Shown: piece after piece, positions 15,331 through 22,290 of the stretch
How positions within the stretch are numbered: position 1 is the stretch's first letter
Layout: each line of letters begins with the position of its first letter
Assembly: GCA_964538495.1 (NCBI GenBank)
Contig: CAZIEA010000004.1
Span: 4,262-47,212, forward strand
Source: an uncultured bacterium
GTDB lineage: Bacteria > Auribacterota > Erginobacteria > Erginobacterales > DAOSXE01
Length of the DNA stretch: 42,951 nt
Reading direction: 5' to 3'
Translations under genes and position numbers: made by a program
The notes under the pieces: generated by a model
Told to the model about the DNA's origin: nothing
The model's input: only the letters and a program-made list of their open reading frames with translations
Databases searched by the model: none

Positions 15331-15566
15331 ATTCACATGTAGACATGTAGGACATGTAGAAAGGCTGAAGATTTTTTTCACAGTTTAACCGCGAATCCAA
15401 GGGCCACGGATCACGGATCACTGATTACGGATTACGATTTTCCCTGAACCCTGAACCCTGTATCCTGGGTTTCGACGGATTACGGATCACTGATTACGGA
15501 TTACGATTTTTCCTGAACCCAGACCCCTGAACGCAACCTACATGTTCTACATGTCTACATGTGAAT
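15331..15566. repeat. MITE-like 236-bp unit bounded by 29-nt inverted CATGTAG blocks
   Basis: ATTCACATGTAGACATGTAGGACATGTAG (15331-15359) matches the reverse complement of 15538-15566 at 28 of 29 positions. The interior holds only word repeats (GGCTGAAG, GGATYAC x8, CCTGAAC x4) and has no coding capacity. Confidence 0.8.
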
Positions 15567-15577
15567 AGGCGACGCGG

Positions 15578-17239
15578 ATGGTAGAGCCGATCACAATGAC
15601 GATCCGGAGCACGGCCCGGAGCTATCTCGAGGTCGTGTTCCACCGCAAGATGCTGATCGTGATCCCGGTCATCTTCGGGACCCTGATCGCCTGGGGCTAC
15701 AGCTTCACGGTCGCCCCGATGTATCAAAGTTCGGCCATCATCCAGGTGGCGGAAAAAGCCCGGGAAAACCCCTTCATCAAGGGCGCGGCCATGTCCACCC
15801 CCCTCTCCGCCCGGATCGGGGCCGTCATCCAGATGGTGAAAAGCCGCAACACCATCGAGGAGGTAATCAAGGAACTGGACTTGGCCCGCAATATCCGGAG
15901 TCCGGGGGAATATAATCGTCTGGTCAACGATCTCCGCGCCAACATCACGGTAAGTATCCGCCGCGATAATTTCATCGAGGTCTCCTGCTCCTACCCCACC
16001 GCCCAGGAAACCCGGGACATCGTCAACTCCATCACCCGCAAGATCATCAAACAGAACCTGGAGAGCCAGGAACTCGAAACCGAAACGGGCATCGAATATC
16101 TTAACAACGAGATTGAACTCTATAAACGCAAGCTGGAGGAAAACGAGGATCAGATTCAGAAATTCCGCGAAGCCAACGCGGAATATCTCCCGGAAGAGCT
16201 TTCCACCAGGATCTACAATACCTTGACCTGGACCGATCCCTATTCCGGAGAAGAGCAAGCCCCTCCTTTCAATGAGGAAGCGCTCCGCCGGACCGATCCC
16301 GGCGGCGTGTTGGGATTTCAGGCCCGCTACCAGAGTTACAGCACTGCTCTTCTCAACCAGGGCCGCGAATTGAAGTCCATGCAGAAGAAACGCGCCTCCC
16401 TGATCGGCCAGATGGAGGGTGAGGATGAGTTCGTCCTCACCCAGCGGGTCAGCGAGACCAGCCCGGTGATCCGGAGCCTGCGGGGGGAACTGACCCAGAA
16501 GCAGATCGAGCTGGCCCGGCTCAAGGTGGACGCCACCGAGGACCATCCCATGGTCCAGCGCCTGACCCGGGAAATCTCCAACATTCAGGATTCCATCCGG
16601 TCGGCGGCCGAGCAGTCGGTCCGGGAAGAGACCACCGCGCTCAACCCCATCTACCAGGCGATCCGGATGGAGTTGAGCCGGATAGATTCCGATATCGAGT
16701 CCCTCAAAGAGCAGATCGAGATCACCTCGCAGATGGCCGACGAGGCCTTCCTCCGTCTCCAGCAGGTTCCCCAGATCCAGAAAGAGATCACTCGCTTGCA
16801 GAGGGAATCCGCCATCCTGAGCCAGAGATACACCAATTTGATCGCCGCTCGGGAAAGGGCCTATATTTCCCGGCGGCTGGAACTCCAGGAGCGGGGGACC
16901 AAATTCAACATCATCGACGACGCTCAGGTCCCGCTCAAGCCTTTCAAGCCCAACCGCGGCTTGATCGTGATCGCCGGTTTTTTCGCCGGCTTGGTCCTGG
17001 GCGGGGCCCTGGTGGTCCTGGCCGAGGTGACCGATCACTCCTTCGAGGAGGCCAACCAGCTCCGGGAGTTCCTCCCCGTGCCCATGCTGGGGGCGGTGAG
17101 CCAGATCGTCACCCCGGAAGAGAAGGCTTTCGTTGCCGCGAAAAAGCGGCTGGGGTTCCTGGGCCTGGGCATTTTCGTGGTCCTGGTGGTTCTGGTGGCC
17201 ATCGTGGTCATGATCTTCGGACCCGGGGGGCAGGGATGA
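15578..17239 (+). CDS. polysaccharide co-polymerase / chain-length determinant (Wzz/GumC-type, PCP)
   Basis: 553 aa. N-terminal TM after SYLEVVFHRKMLIVIPVIFGTLIAWGYSF, a long coiled-coil periplasmic region, and C-terminal TM helices. Its stop overlaps the next start (ATGA at 17236-17239). Confidence 0.85.
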   Translation: MVEPITMTIRSTARSYLEVVFHRKMLIVIPVIFGTLIAWGYSFTVAPMYQSSAIIQVAEKARENPFIKGAAMSTPLSARIGAVIQMVKSRNTIEEVIKELDLARNIRSPGEYNRLVNDLRANITVSIRRDNFIEVSCSYPTAQETRDIVNSITRKIIKQNLESQELETETGIEYLNNEIELYKRKLEENEDQIQKFREANAEYLPEELSTRIYNTLTWTDPYSGEEQAPPFNEEALRRTDPGGVLGFQARYQSYSTALLNQGRELKSMQKKRASLIGQMEGEDEFVLTQRVSETSPVIRSLRGELTQKQIELARLKVDATEDHPMVQRLTREISNIQDSIRSAAEQSVREETTALNPIYQAIRMELSRIDSDIESLKEQIEITSQMADEAFLRLQQVPQIQKEITRLQRESAILSQRYTNLIAARERAYISRRLELQERGTKFNIIDDAQVPLKPFKPNRGLIVIAGFFAGLVLGGALVVLAEVTDHSFEEANQLREFLPVPMLGAVSQIVTPEEKAFVAAKKRLGFLGLGIFVVLVVLVAIVVMIFGPGGQG

Positions 17240-18075
17240 GCTGGGGAAAGACAAATCGAGGCGGGAAGCCCCGGACGGGCCTGGGCAAGGTCCGGGAATA
17301 CCTCCAGGAGAAGAAAAGCGGGATCGTCGAGGAGATCAGCTCCCTGACCTACGTCACCAAGCCCCGAATGCCCGGGGTCGGGCTCGACCCCCGGGTGGTG
17401 TCCCGCAGCGATCCCCAGAGCCACATCGCCGAGCAATACCGCTCGATCCGGACCAACCTCAGTTCCCTCTTCCCGGAGCCGAAGCCCCGGGCCTTTCTTT
17501 TCACCAGCGCCCTCCGGGGGGAGGGGAAGTCCGTCACCTCCGCCAACCTGGGGGCGGTTTTCGCCGACGAGATGGATAAGAAGGTGGTCCTGGTGGACGC
17601 CGACATGCGCAAGCCCTCCCAGCATAAAATCGTCGGGATGGAAAAGAGCCCCGGCTTATCGGAGATTCTTTCCGGCCGGGCCGAACTCGATGAGGTCCTG
17701 GACCGGGTAAAATTCGGAAACCTGCACGTGATCCTGAGCGGGGAGCCCCCGGCCAAGCCTTCGGAACTGCTGGGCTCGGAGCGGATGGAGAACTTGCTTT
17801 GCCGGCTCAAGGAGACCTTCGACTACATCATCTTCGACATCGCCCCCATCCTGGCCGTGACCGACGCCGGGGTCCTGGGCAAGTTCCTGGACGGCTCCAT
17901 CCTGGTGGTCCGGGCCGGGAAGACCCAGGCGGTGGACGTCGAGCGGGCCTACTCGCTGCTTTTGGAGGCGAACGCCAACCCGATCGGGAGTATCCTCACC
18001 GGGGTGGTGACCTACATCCCCTACTACCTCTACCGCTACCGCTACATGTATTCCCATAATTACTACACCACTTGA
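17236..18075 (+). CDS. CpsD/CapB-type bacterial tyrosine autokinase (BY-kinase)
   Basis: Walker A LRGEGKSVTS, Walker A' VVLVDADMRKP, Walker B DYIIFDIAP. C-terminal tyrosine cluster YIPYYLYRYRYMYSHNYYTT. Confidence 0.9.
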   Translation: MSWGKTNRGGKPRTGLGKVREYLQEKKSGIVEEISSLTYVTKPRMPGVGLDPRVVSRSDPQSHIAEQYRSIRTNLSSLFPEPKPRAFLFTSALRGEGKSVTSANLGAVFADEMDKKVVLVDADMRKPSQHKIVGMEKSPGLSEILSGRAELDEVLDRVKFGNLHVILSGEPPAKPSELLGSERMENLLCRLKETFDYIIFDIAPILAVTDAGVLGKFLDGSILVVRAGKTQAVDVERAYSLLLEANANPIGSILTGVVTYIPYYLYRYRYMYSHNYYTT

Positions 18076-18082
18076 GCATTCC

Positions 18083-18298
18083 TGCCTTGTGTGTTCCCCG
18101 GCCTTGTTGTTGTTATCGGAGTTCAGGCTGAAGGCTGAAGACTGAAGTCTGACGGCCCCGCCGCACCGATTGAACCGCGAATCTCGCGAATCCCCACAAA
18201 TCAAAGCGACGGATTACGGATCACTGATTACGGTTTGACCCTATGCTCTATGCCCTATGCTCTATGCTTAACAACGACAACGAATCGGGAACAAGAAC
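18083..18298. repeat. word-repeat mosaic including a 74-nt conserved module
   Basis: CCTTGTKGTT words, GGCTGAAG x4 (18125-18152), module 18160-18233 (70 of 74 identical to 23550-23623), CTATGCYC x4, then CGACAA words up to the ATG at 18299. Confidence 0.9.
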
Positions 18299-19330
18299 AT
18301 GAAGATACTGATCACGGGGGGAGCGGGATTCATCGGCTCTAACGCCGCCGCCCGGGCCCTGGCCCGGGGCGACGAAGTCACCGTCCTGGACGACCTTTCC
18401 CGGGCGGGGACTGCTCTCAACCTGAAATGGCTCCGGAGCCTGGGGAAGTTCCGCTTCGAGAAGATCGATATCCGCGACTACCGGCCTCTGCGGGAGCTCC
18501 TGGCGGAAGGGAAGTTCGACGCCATCTACCATCTCGCCGCCCAGGTGGCGGTGACCACCTCGGTGTCCGACCCCCGGACCGACTTCGAGATCAACGCCCT
18601 GGGGACCTTTAACCTCCTGGAGGCGGCCCGCGAGACCTCCCAGGACGGGGCTATCCTCTTCTCCTCCACCAACAAGGTCTACGGGAACCTCGAGGACATG
18701 CCGGTGGTGGAACGCCCGACCCGTTACGCCTTTTCCGGGGAAAAGGCCGCCGTCTCCGAGGAACAGCCCCTCGACTTCCATTCCCCTTACGGTTGTTCCA
18801 AGGGCGCCGCCGACCAGTACGTCCGGGACTACGCCCGCATTTACGGCCTTAAGACCGCGGTCCTGCGCCAGTCCTGCATTTACGGCCCCCGCCAGTTCGG
18901 GATCGAGGACCAGGGCTGGGTGGCTTGGTTCGTGATCGCCGCCCTGACCGGTCGCCCGATCACCGTTTACGGGGACGGCAAGCAGGTCCGGGACATCCTC
19001 TACATGGACGACCTCCTCGATGCCTTCGACCTCGCCGCCGCCAAGATCTCCAATTGCGCCGGGAGCGTCTTCAACCTCGGCGGCGGCCAAGCCAACACCC
19101 TTTCGCTCCTGGAGTTCTTCGGAATTCTGGAAAATCTGCTGGGCCGGAAGATCGAATACGCCTTTTCCGACTGGCGCCCGGGGGACCAGAAGATCTACGT
19201 CAGCGACATCGCCCGGGCCCGGAGTGCGTTGGGATGGAGTCCCCGGGTTTCGCCCCCGGAAGGCATTAAGCGCCTTTACGATTGGGTTTCCGAAAACATA
19301 CTTCTGATCGGGAAAGCCCTCGAGGCATAA
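18299..19330 (+). CDS. NAD-dependent epimerase/dehydratase (extended SDR, CDP-paratose 2-epimerase-like)
   Basis: MKILITGGAGFIGSN Rossmann motif and SPYGCSKGAADQY catalytic YxxxK. 343 aa. Confidence 0.85.
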   Translation: MKILITGGAGFIGSNAAARALARGDEVTVLDDLSRAGTALNLKWLRSLGKFRFEKIDIRDYRPLRELLAEGKFDAIYHLAAQVAVTTSVSDPRTDFEINALGTFNLLEAARETSQDGAILFSSTNKVYGNLEDMPVVERPTRYAFSGEKAAVSEEQPLDFHSPYGCSKGAADQYVRDYARIYGLKTAVLRQSCIYGPRQFGIEDQGWVAWFVIAALTGRPITVYGDGKQVRDILYMDDLLDAFDLAAAKISNCAGSVFNLGGGQANTLSLLEFFGILENLLGRKIEYAFSDWRPGDQKIYVSDIARARSALGWSPRVSPPEGIKRLYDWVSENILLIGKALEA

Positions 19331-19424
19331 CCGCTTCTTCGGCCCGGATGGTTTGGTTTAAATGTTGCCTTTGCCTAATCAAAATCGGGGCAATTCAGCC
19401 GGTTCGCGTCCGGGCGGCCCTTTT

Positions 19425-20159
19425 ATGTCCGTCATCATTCCCGCCCGGAACGAGGAGCATAATGTCGAAAAGACGTGCCGGGCCGTTGCCGGCGAATTCA
19501 AGGCCCATGGAATCGAAGACTGCGAAATACTCCTGGTAAACGATCACAGTTCGGACAAAACGCTCGAGACGCTCGCCCAGCTCAGCCGTTCGCTGCCGGG
19601 GGTGAGATACGTCGACAATGACGGCAGCCCCGGTTTCGGGATGGCGGTCCGCCTCGGGCTGGAGAAATCCCGCGGCGAAACGGTTTGCATCATGATGGCC
19701 GACCTCTCCGACTCGCCTTCCGACCTCCGCCGGTATTATGACGAGCTCCAGCGCGGGGCCGAGTGCGTGTTCGGCTCGCGTTTCATCAAGGGCTCCAGGA
19801 TATCCGGCTATCCTTTCCCCAAGTTGGTCTTGAACCGTTCGGTCAACTGGCTCATAAAACTGGTGTTCAAAATCCCCCATAATGACATTACCAATGCGTT
19901 CAAAGCCTATCGCCGCGAGGTTATTTCGGGAGTGAGCCCGCTCTTGTCGCACCATTTCAATTTGACGGTTGAGCTTCCCTTGAAAGCGATAGTCCGCGGC
20001 TACCGCTATACTACGGTTCCGATCTCATGGACTAACAGGGTGGAAGGGATTTCCAAACTGAAGATTAAGGAAATGGGCAGCCGCTACCTGTTCATCATCT
20101 TGTACGTTTGGCTGGAGAAACTTCTTTCGCGCGGCGATTACCGGCGACGGGGCGTGTAG
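19425..20159 (+). CDS. family 2 glycosyltransferase (polyprenol-phosphate sugar synthase-like)
   Basis: Start trimmed to the ATG at 19425 (MSVIIPARNEEHNV...LLVNDHSSD). C-terminal hydrophobic segment YLFIILYVWLEKLL. The TAG stop (20157-20159) lies inside the TGTAGTATC head of array 2. Confidence 0.8.
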   Translation: MSVIIPARNEEHNVEKTCRAVAGEFKAHGIEDCEILLVNDHSSDKTLETLAQLSRSLPGVRYVDNDGSPGFGMAVRLGLEKSRGETVCIMMADLSDSPSDLRRYYDELQRGAECVFGSRFIKGSRISGYPFPKLVLNRSVNWLIKLVFKIPHNDITNAFKAYRREVISGVSPLLSHHFNLTVELPLKAIVRGYRYTTVPISWTNRVEGISKLKIKEMGSRYLFIILYVWLEKLLSRGDYRRRGV

Positions 20160-20335
20160 TATCGTCGCTCCCGCGGAGCCGCATGTAGTATCGTCGCTCC
20201 TGCGGAGCGACTTGTAGTATCGTCGCTCCTGCGGAGCGACTTGTAGTATCGCCGCTTCTGCGAAGCGGCTTGCAGTATCGTCGCTCCTGCGGAGCGACTT
20301 GTAGTATCGCCGCTCCCCTGGAGCGGCTTGTAACA
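20157..20335 (+). repeat. hairpin-unit array 2 (6 units of 29 nt, forward)
   Basis: TTGTAGTATC followed by GTCGCTCC-tgc-GGAGCGAC (x3-4), GCCGCTTC-tgc-GAAGCGGC and GCCGCTCC-cct-GGAGCGGC. The period is a strict 29 nt. Confidence 0.95.
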
Positions 20336-20363
20336 GCAGCCTTAATTGTTGGATTATGGGGTC

Positions 20364-20756
20364 ATGAAATTCAAGTATGAGGAGCTCGAGATCTGGAAGG
20401 TGGCTCTGAACATGGCCAGGGTCGTTTTTGCGATATTGAAGAAATATCCGGACGACGAGAAATTCGGTCTGGTTTCTCAAGGCCGGAGGGCGGTGGTATC
20501 CATAGCCCTGAACATATCCGAGGGCAGCGGCAGGAAAACCAACAGGGATTTTTCGGTTTTCATCAACCGGGCATTATCTTCGTTGCAGGAGACGGATGCG
20601 GTTTTAAAGATCGGCCTGGCGATGCAGTACATCAGGGATGCCGACTACGCCGAGGCGGATCCTTTGTTGAAAGAAGAGTATTTCAAGTTGATTGCCTTCG
20701 ACAAAAAACTGCGTGAAGACCTTACATACGTGCGCGGCTACAGTTCCCTGAAGTAA
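20364..20756 (+). CDS. four-helix-bundle protein (23S rRNA intervening-sequence protein / Avd-like family)
   Basis: MKFKYEELEIWKVALNMARVVFAILKKYPDDEKFGLVSQGRRAVVSIALNISEGSGR...LSSLQETDAVLKI matches the family signature (ExW, QxRRAxxSIxxNIAEG) as I remember it. GC is visibly lower than in the neighbouring genes. Confidence 0.8.
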   Translation: MKFKYEELEIWKVALNMARVVFAILKKYPDDEKFGLVSQGRRAVVSIALNISEGSGRKTNRDFSVFINRALSSLQETDAVLKIGLAMQYIRDADYAEADPLLKEEYFKLIAFDKKLREDLTYVRGYSSLK

Positions 20757-20782
20757 ACTCTTCAACTCCGAGGATTGCGGCT

Positions 20783-20937
20783 TGCAAGGCCGCCGGAGGC
20801 GGCCGATACTACAAGCCCCGAGCGAAGCGAGCGGCGATACGACAAGTCCCGAGCAGGGCGAGGGACGATACGACAAGCCCCGACGCAAGTCGGGGCGATA
20901 CGGCAAGCCTTGAGCAGGGCGAGGGGCGATACGACAG
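20783..20937 (-). repeat. hairpin-unit array 4 (5 units, reverse orientation)
   Basis: Hairpin followed by GATACKACAAG, e.g. GGCCGCC-ggag-GCGGCC, GTCCCGAG-caggg-CGAGGGAC, GCCCCGAC-gcaa-GTCGGGGC. It is inverted relative to array 2 across the four-helix-bundle gene. Confidence 0.9.
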
Positions 20938-20957
20938 TTTTCAACCGGGAGAAAAAA

Positions 20958-21761
20958 ATGGACCAGTTATCCGAGTTGGAAAGCAAGAGCATCTACATTA
21001 TCCGGGAGGCCTACTACCAGTTCAAGGACATCGCGGCCCTCTGGTCGATCGGGAAGGATTCCACCACCCTGATCCACCTCTGCCGCAAGGCCTTTTACGG
21101 GGAAGTCCCCTTCCCGATGATGCACATCGACACCGGCTACAAGTTCCCGGAGATGTACCGTTTTCGGGACGAATACGCCAAGAAGTGGGGGATCCGGCTG
21201 ATCGTGACCCGCAACGAGGAGGCGATTGCCGCCGGGATGGGCCCTAACGTGGGGGAGAAGCTCGCCTGCTGCAACCAGCTCAAGACCAACGCCCTGAAAC
21301 TGGGGATCGCCAAGCACGGTTTCAAGGCTTTGCTCCTGGGCATCCGGCGCGACGAGCACGGGATCCGGGCCAAGGAGCGCTATTTCTCCCCCCGCAACGA
21401 GCAGTTTCAGTGGGACTACGAGAACCAGCCCCCGGAGCTCTGGGACCAGTACAAGTCCAAGGCCGCCGACGAGGAGCACATCCGGGTCCACCCTCTCCTG
21501 CACTGGACCGAGCTCAATATCTGGGAATACGTGAAACGGGAGAATCTGCCCATCACCGAGCTCTACTTCGCCAAAAACGGCAAGCGCTTCCGCTCCATCG
21601 GCTGCGTGCCCTGCTGCTCCCCGGTGGAATCCGAGGCCGACACCATCGACAAGATCATCGAGGAACTCAAGACCACCAAGGTCTCCGAGCGCGCCGGCCG
21701 CGCCCAGGACAAGGAGTCGGTGACGACCATGCAAAAACTCCGGGCCCTCGGCTACATGTAA
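20958..21761 (+). CDS. cysD: sulfate adenylyltransferase subunit 2
   Basis: Start trimmed to the ATG at 20958 (GGGAGA 8 nt upstream). The track's N-terminal extension runs through array 4. PP-loop WSIGKDSTTL and C-terminal ERAGRAQDKE...MQKLRALGYM. Confidence 0.9.
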   Translation: MDQLSELESKSIYIIREAYYQFKDIAALWSIGKDSTTLIHLCRKAFYGEVPFPMMHIDTGYKFPEMYRFRDEYAKKWGIRLIVTRNEEAIAAGMGPNVGEKLACCNQLKTNALKLGIAKHGFKALLLGIRRDEHGIRAKERYFSPRNEQFQWDYENQPPELWDQYKSKAADEEHIRVHPLLHWTELNIWEYVKRENLPITELYFAKNGKRFRSIGCVPCCSPVESEADTIDKIIEELKTTKVSERAGRAQDKESVTTMQKLRALGYM

Positions 21762-21813
21762 CCGCGTAACCACATAACCACTAATCTCGCTAATCCTCGC
21801 TAAAGGGAAAGCG

Positions 21814-22218
21814 ATGTGTCTACTGTATAAAGAGGAGGTGTACAAGCTAATCGGTGCGGCCATGGAAGTTTATAACTTGCTGGGCAATGGGTTCTTGGAA
21901 TCCGTGTACCAGGAAGCTTTGGAATATGAGTTGGATTTGAGAGGAATCCCTTATAAAGCCCAAGAGATGTTGCAGATCAAGTATAAGGACAAGATGCTTG
22001 AACATGCCTATAAGGCGGATCTGGTTCTTATGGATAAAATTATCGTGGAATTGAAAGCTATGGAAAAATTAGGCAGGAATGAGAAGGCGCAGATCATTAA
22101 TTATCTCAAGGCAACCAACCTTGAATTAGGGGTGTTGATAAATTTTGGGGCTAAGAACGATCTCGAATGGAAGAGAATGATATTGTCAAAAAACATGCCG
22201 TTAGAACCGGAAGTATAG
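21814..22218 (+). CDS. GxxExxY protein (PD-(D/E)XK nuclease-like small protein)
   Basis: LGNGFLESVYQEALEYEL...YKADLVLMDKIIVELKAME...AQIINYLKATNLELGVLINFG carries the GxxExxY motif and a D..ExK core. Clearly AT-richer than the flanking cysD and cysN. Confidence 0.8.
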   Translation: MCLLYKEEVYKLIGAAMEVYNLLGNGFLESVYQEALEYELDLRGIPYKAQEMLQIKYKDKMLEHAYKADLVLMDKIIVELKAMEKLGRNEKAQIINYLKATNLELGVLINFGAKNDLEWKRMILSKNMPLEPEV

Positions 22219-22290
22219 ATTGGTGCAGATTTGCGAGATTGGCGGTTAAAAAGCGGCGAGAAAAACCATAAAAATTAGCGGAGAAAAATC

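Noticed and set aside
15494-17254. 586-aa minus-strand ORF, and similar long antisense ORFs at 13708-14910, 18248-19090, 20967-21863, 22246-23514, 23618-24628, 29931-31382, 35172-36143 and 42098-42913
   Set aside because: Each lies opposite a plus-strand gene with strong family signatures (PCP, exporter, SDR, cysD, cysN, GT87-like, Wzy-like, GT2, CapK-like). They are high-GC antisense frames that happen to be open.
20157-20335. CRISPR array, because of the regular 29-nt periodicity
   Set aside because: The conserved part is only about 10-11 nt. The variable parts are self-complementary hairpins drawn from a small family that recurs at other loci, not unique spacers. No cas genes or leader are present, and arrays occur in both orientations at many gene ends.
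20025-20480. 151-aa minus ORF with a repeated RRYYKSLRRSDDT peptide, and the plus ORF 15087-15350
   Set aside because: They are translations of the hairpin arrays. The peptide periodicity only mirrors the 29-nt DNA repeat, which shifts frame from unit to unit. They have no RBS and overlap better-supported genes.
20364-20756. Diversity-generating retroelement, since the four-helix-bundle protein belongs to the Avd-like family
   Set aside because: I recognised no reverse transcriptase ORF in the window, no template/variable repeat pair with adenine-specific differences, and no C-type-lectin or Ig-like target with a variable C-terminus next to the gene.
20775-20957. N-terminal extensions in the track for cysD (20775), the Wzy-like gene (29823), the GT2s (19362, 34522, 35316, 41032), the phosphodiesterase (28425) and the methyltransferase (31528)
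   Set aside because: The extensions run through hairpin arrays or word repeats, or lack an RBS. Family homology and good Shine-Dalgarno sequences begin at the internal ATGs used in the feature table.
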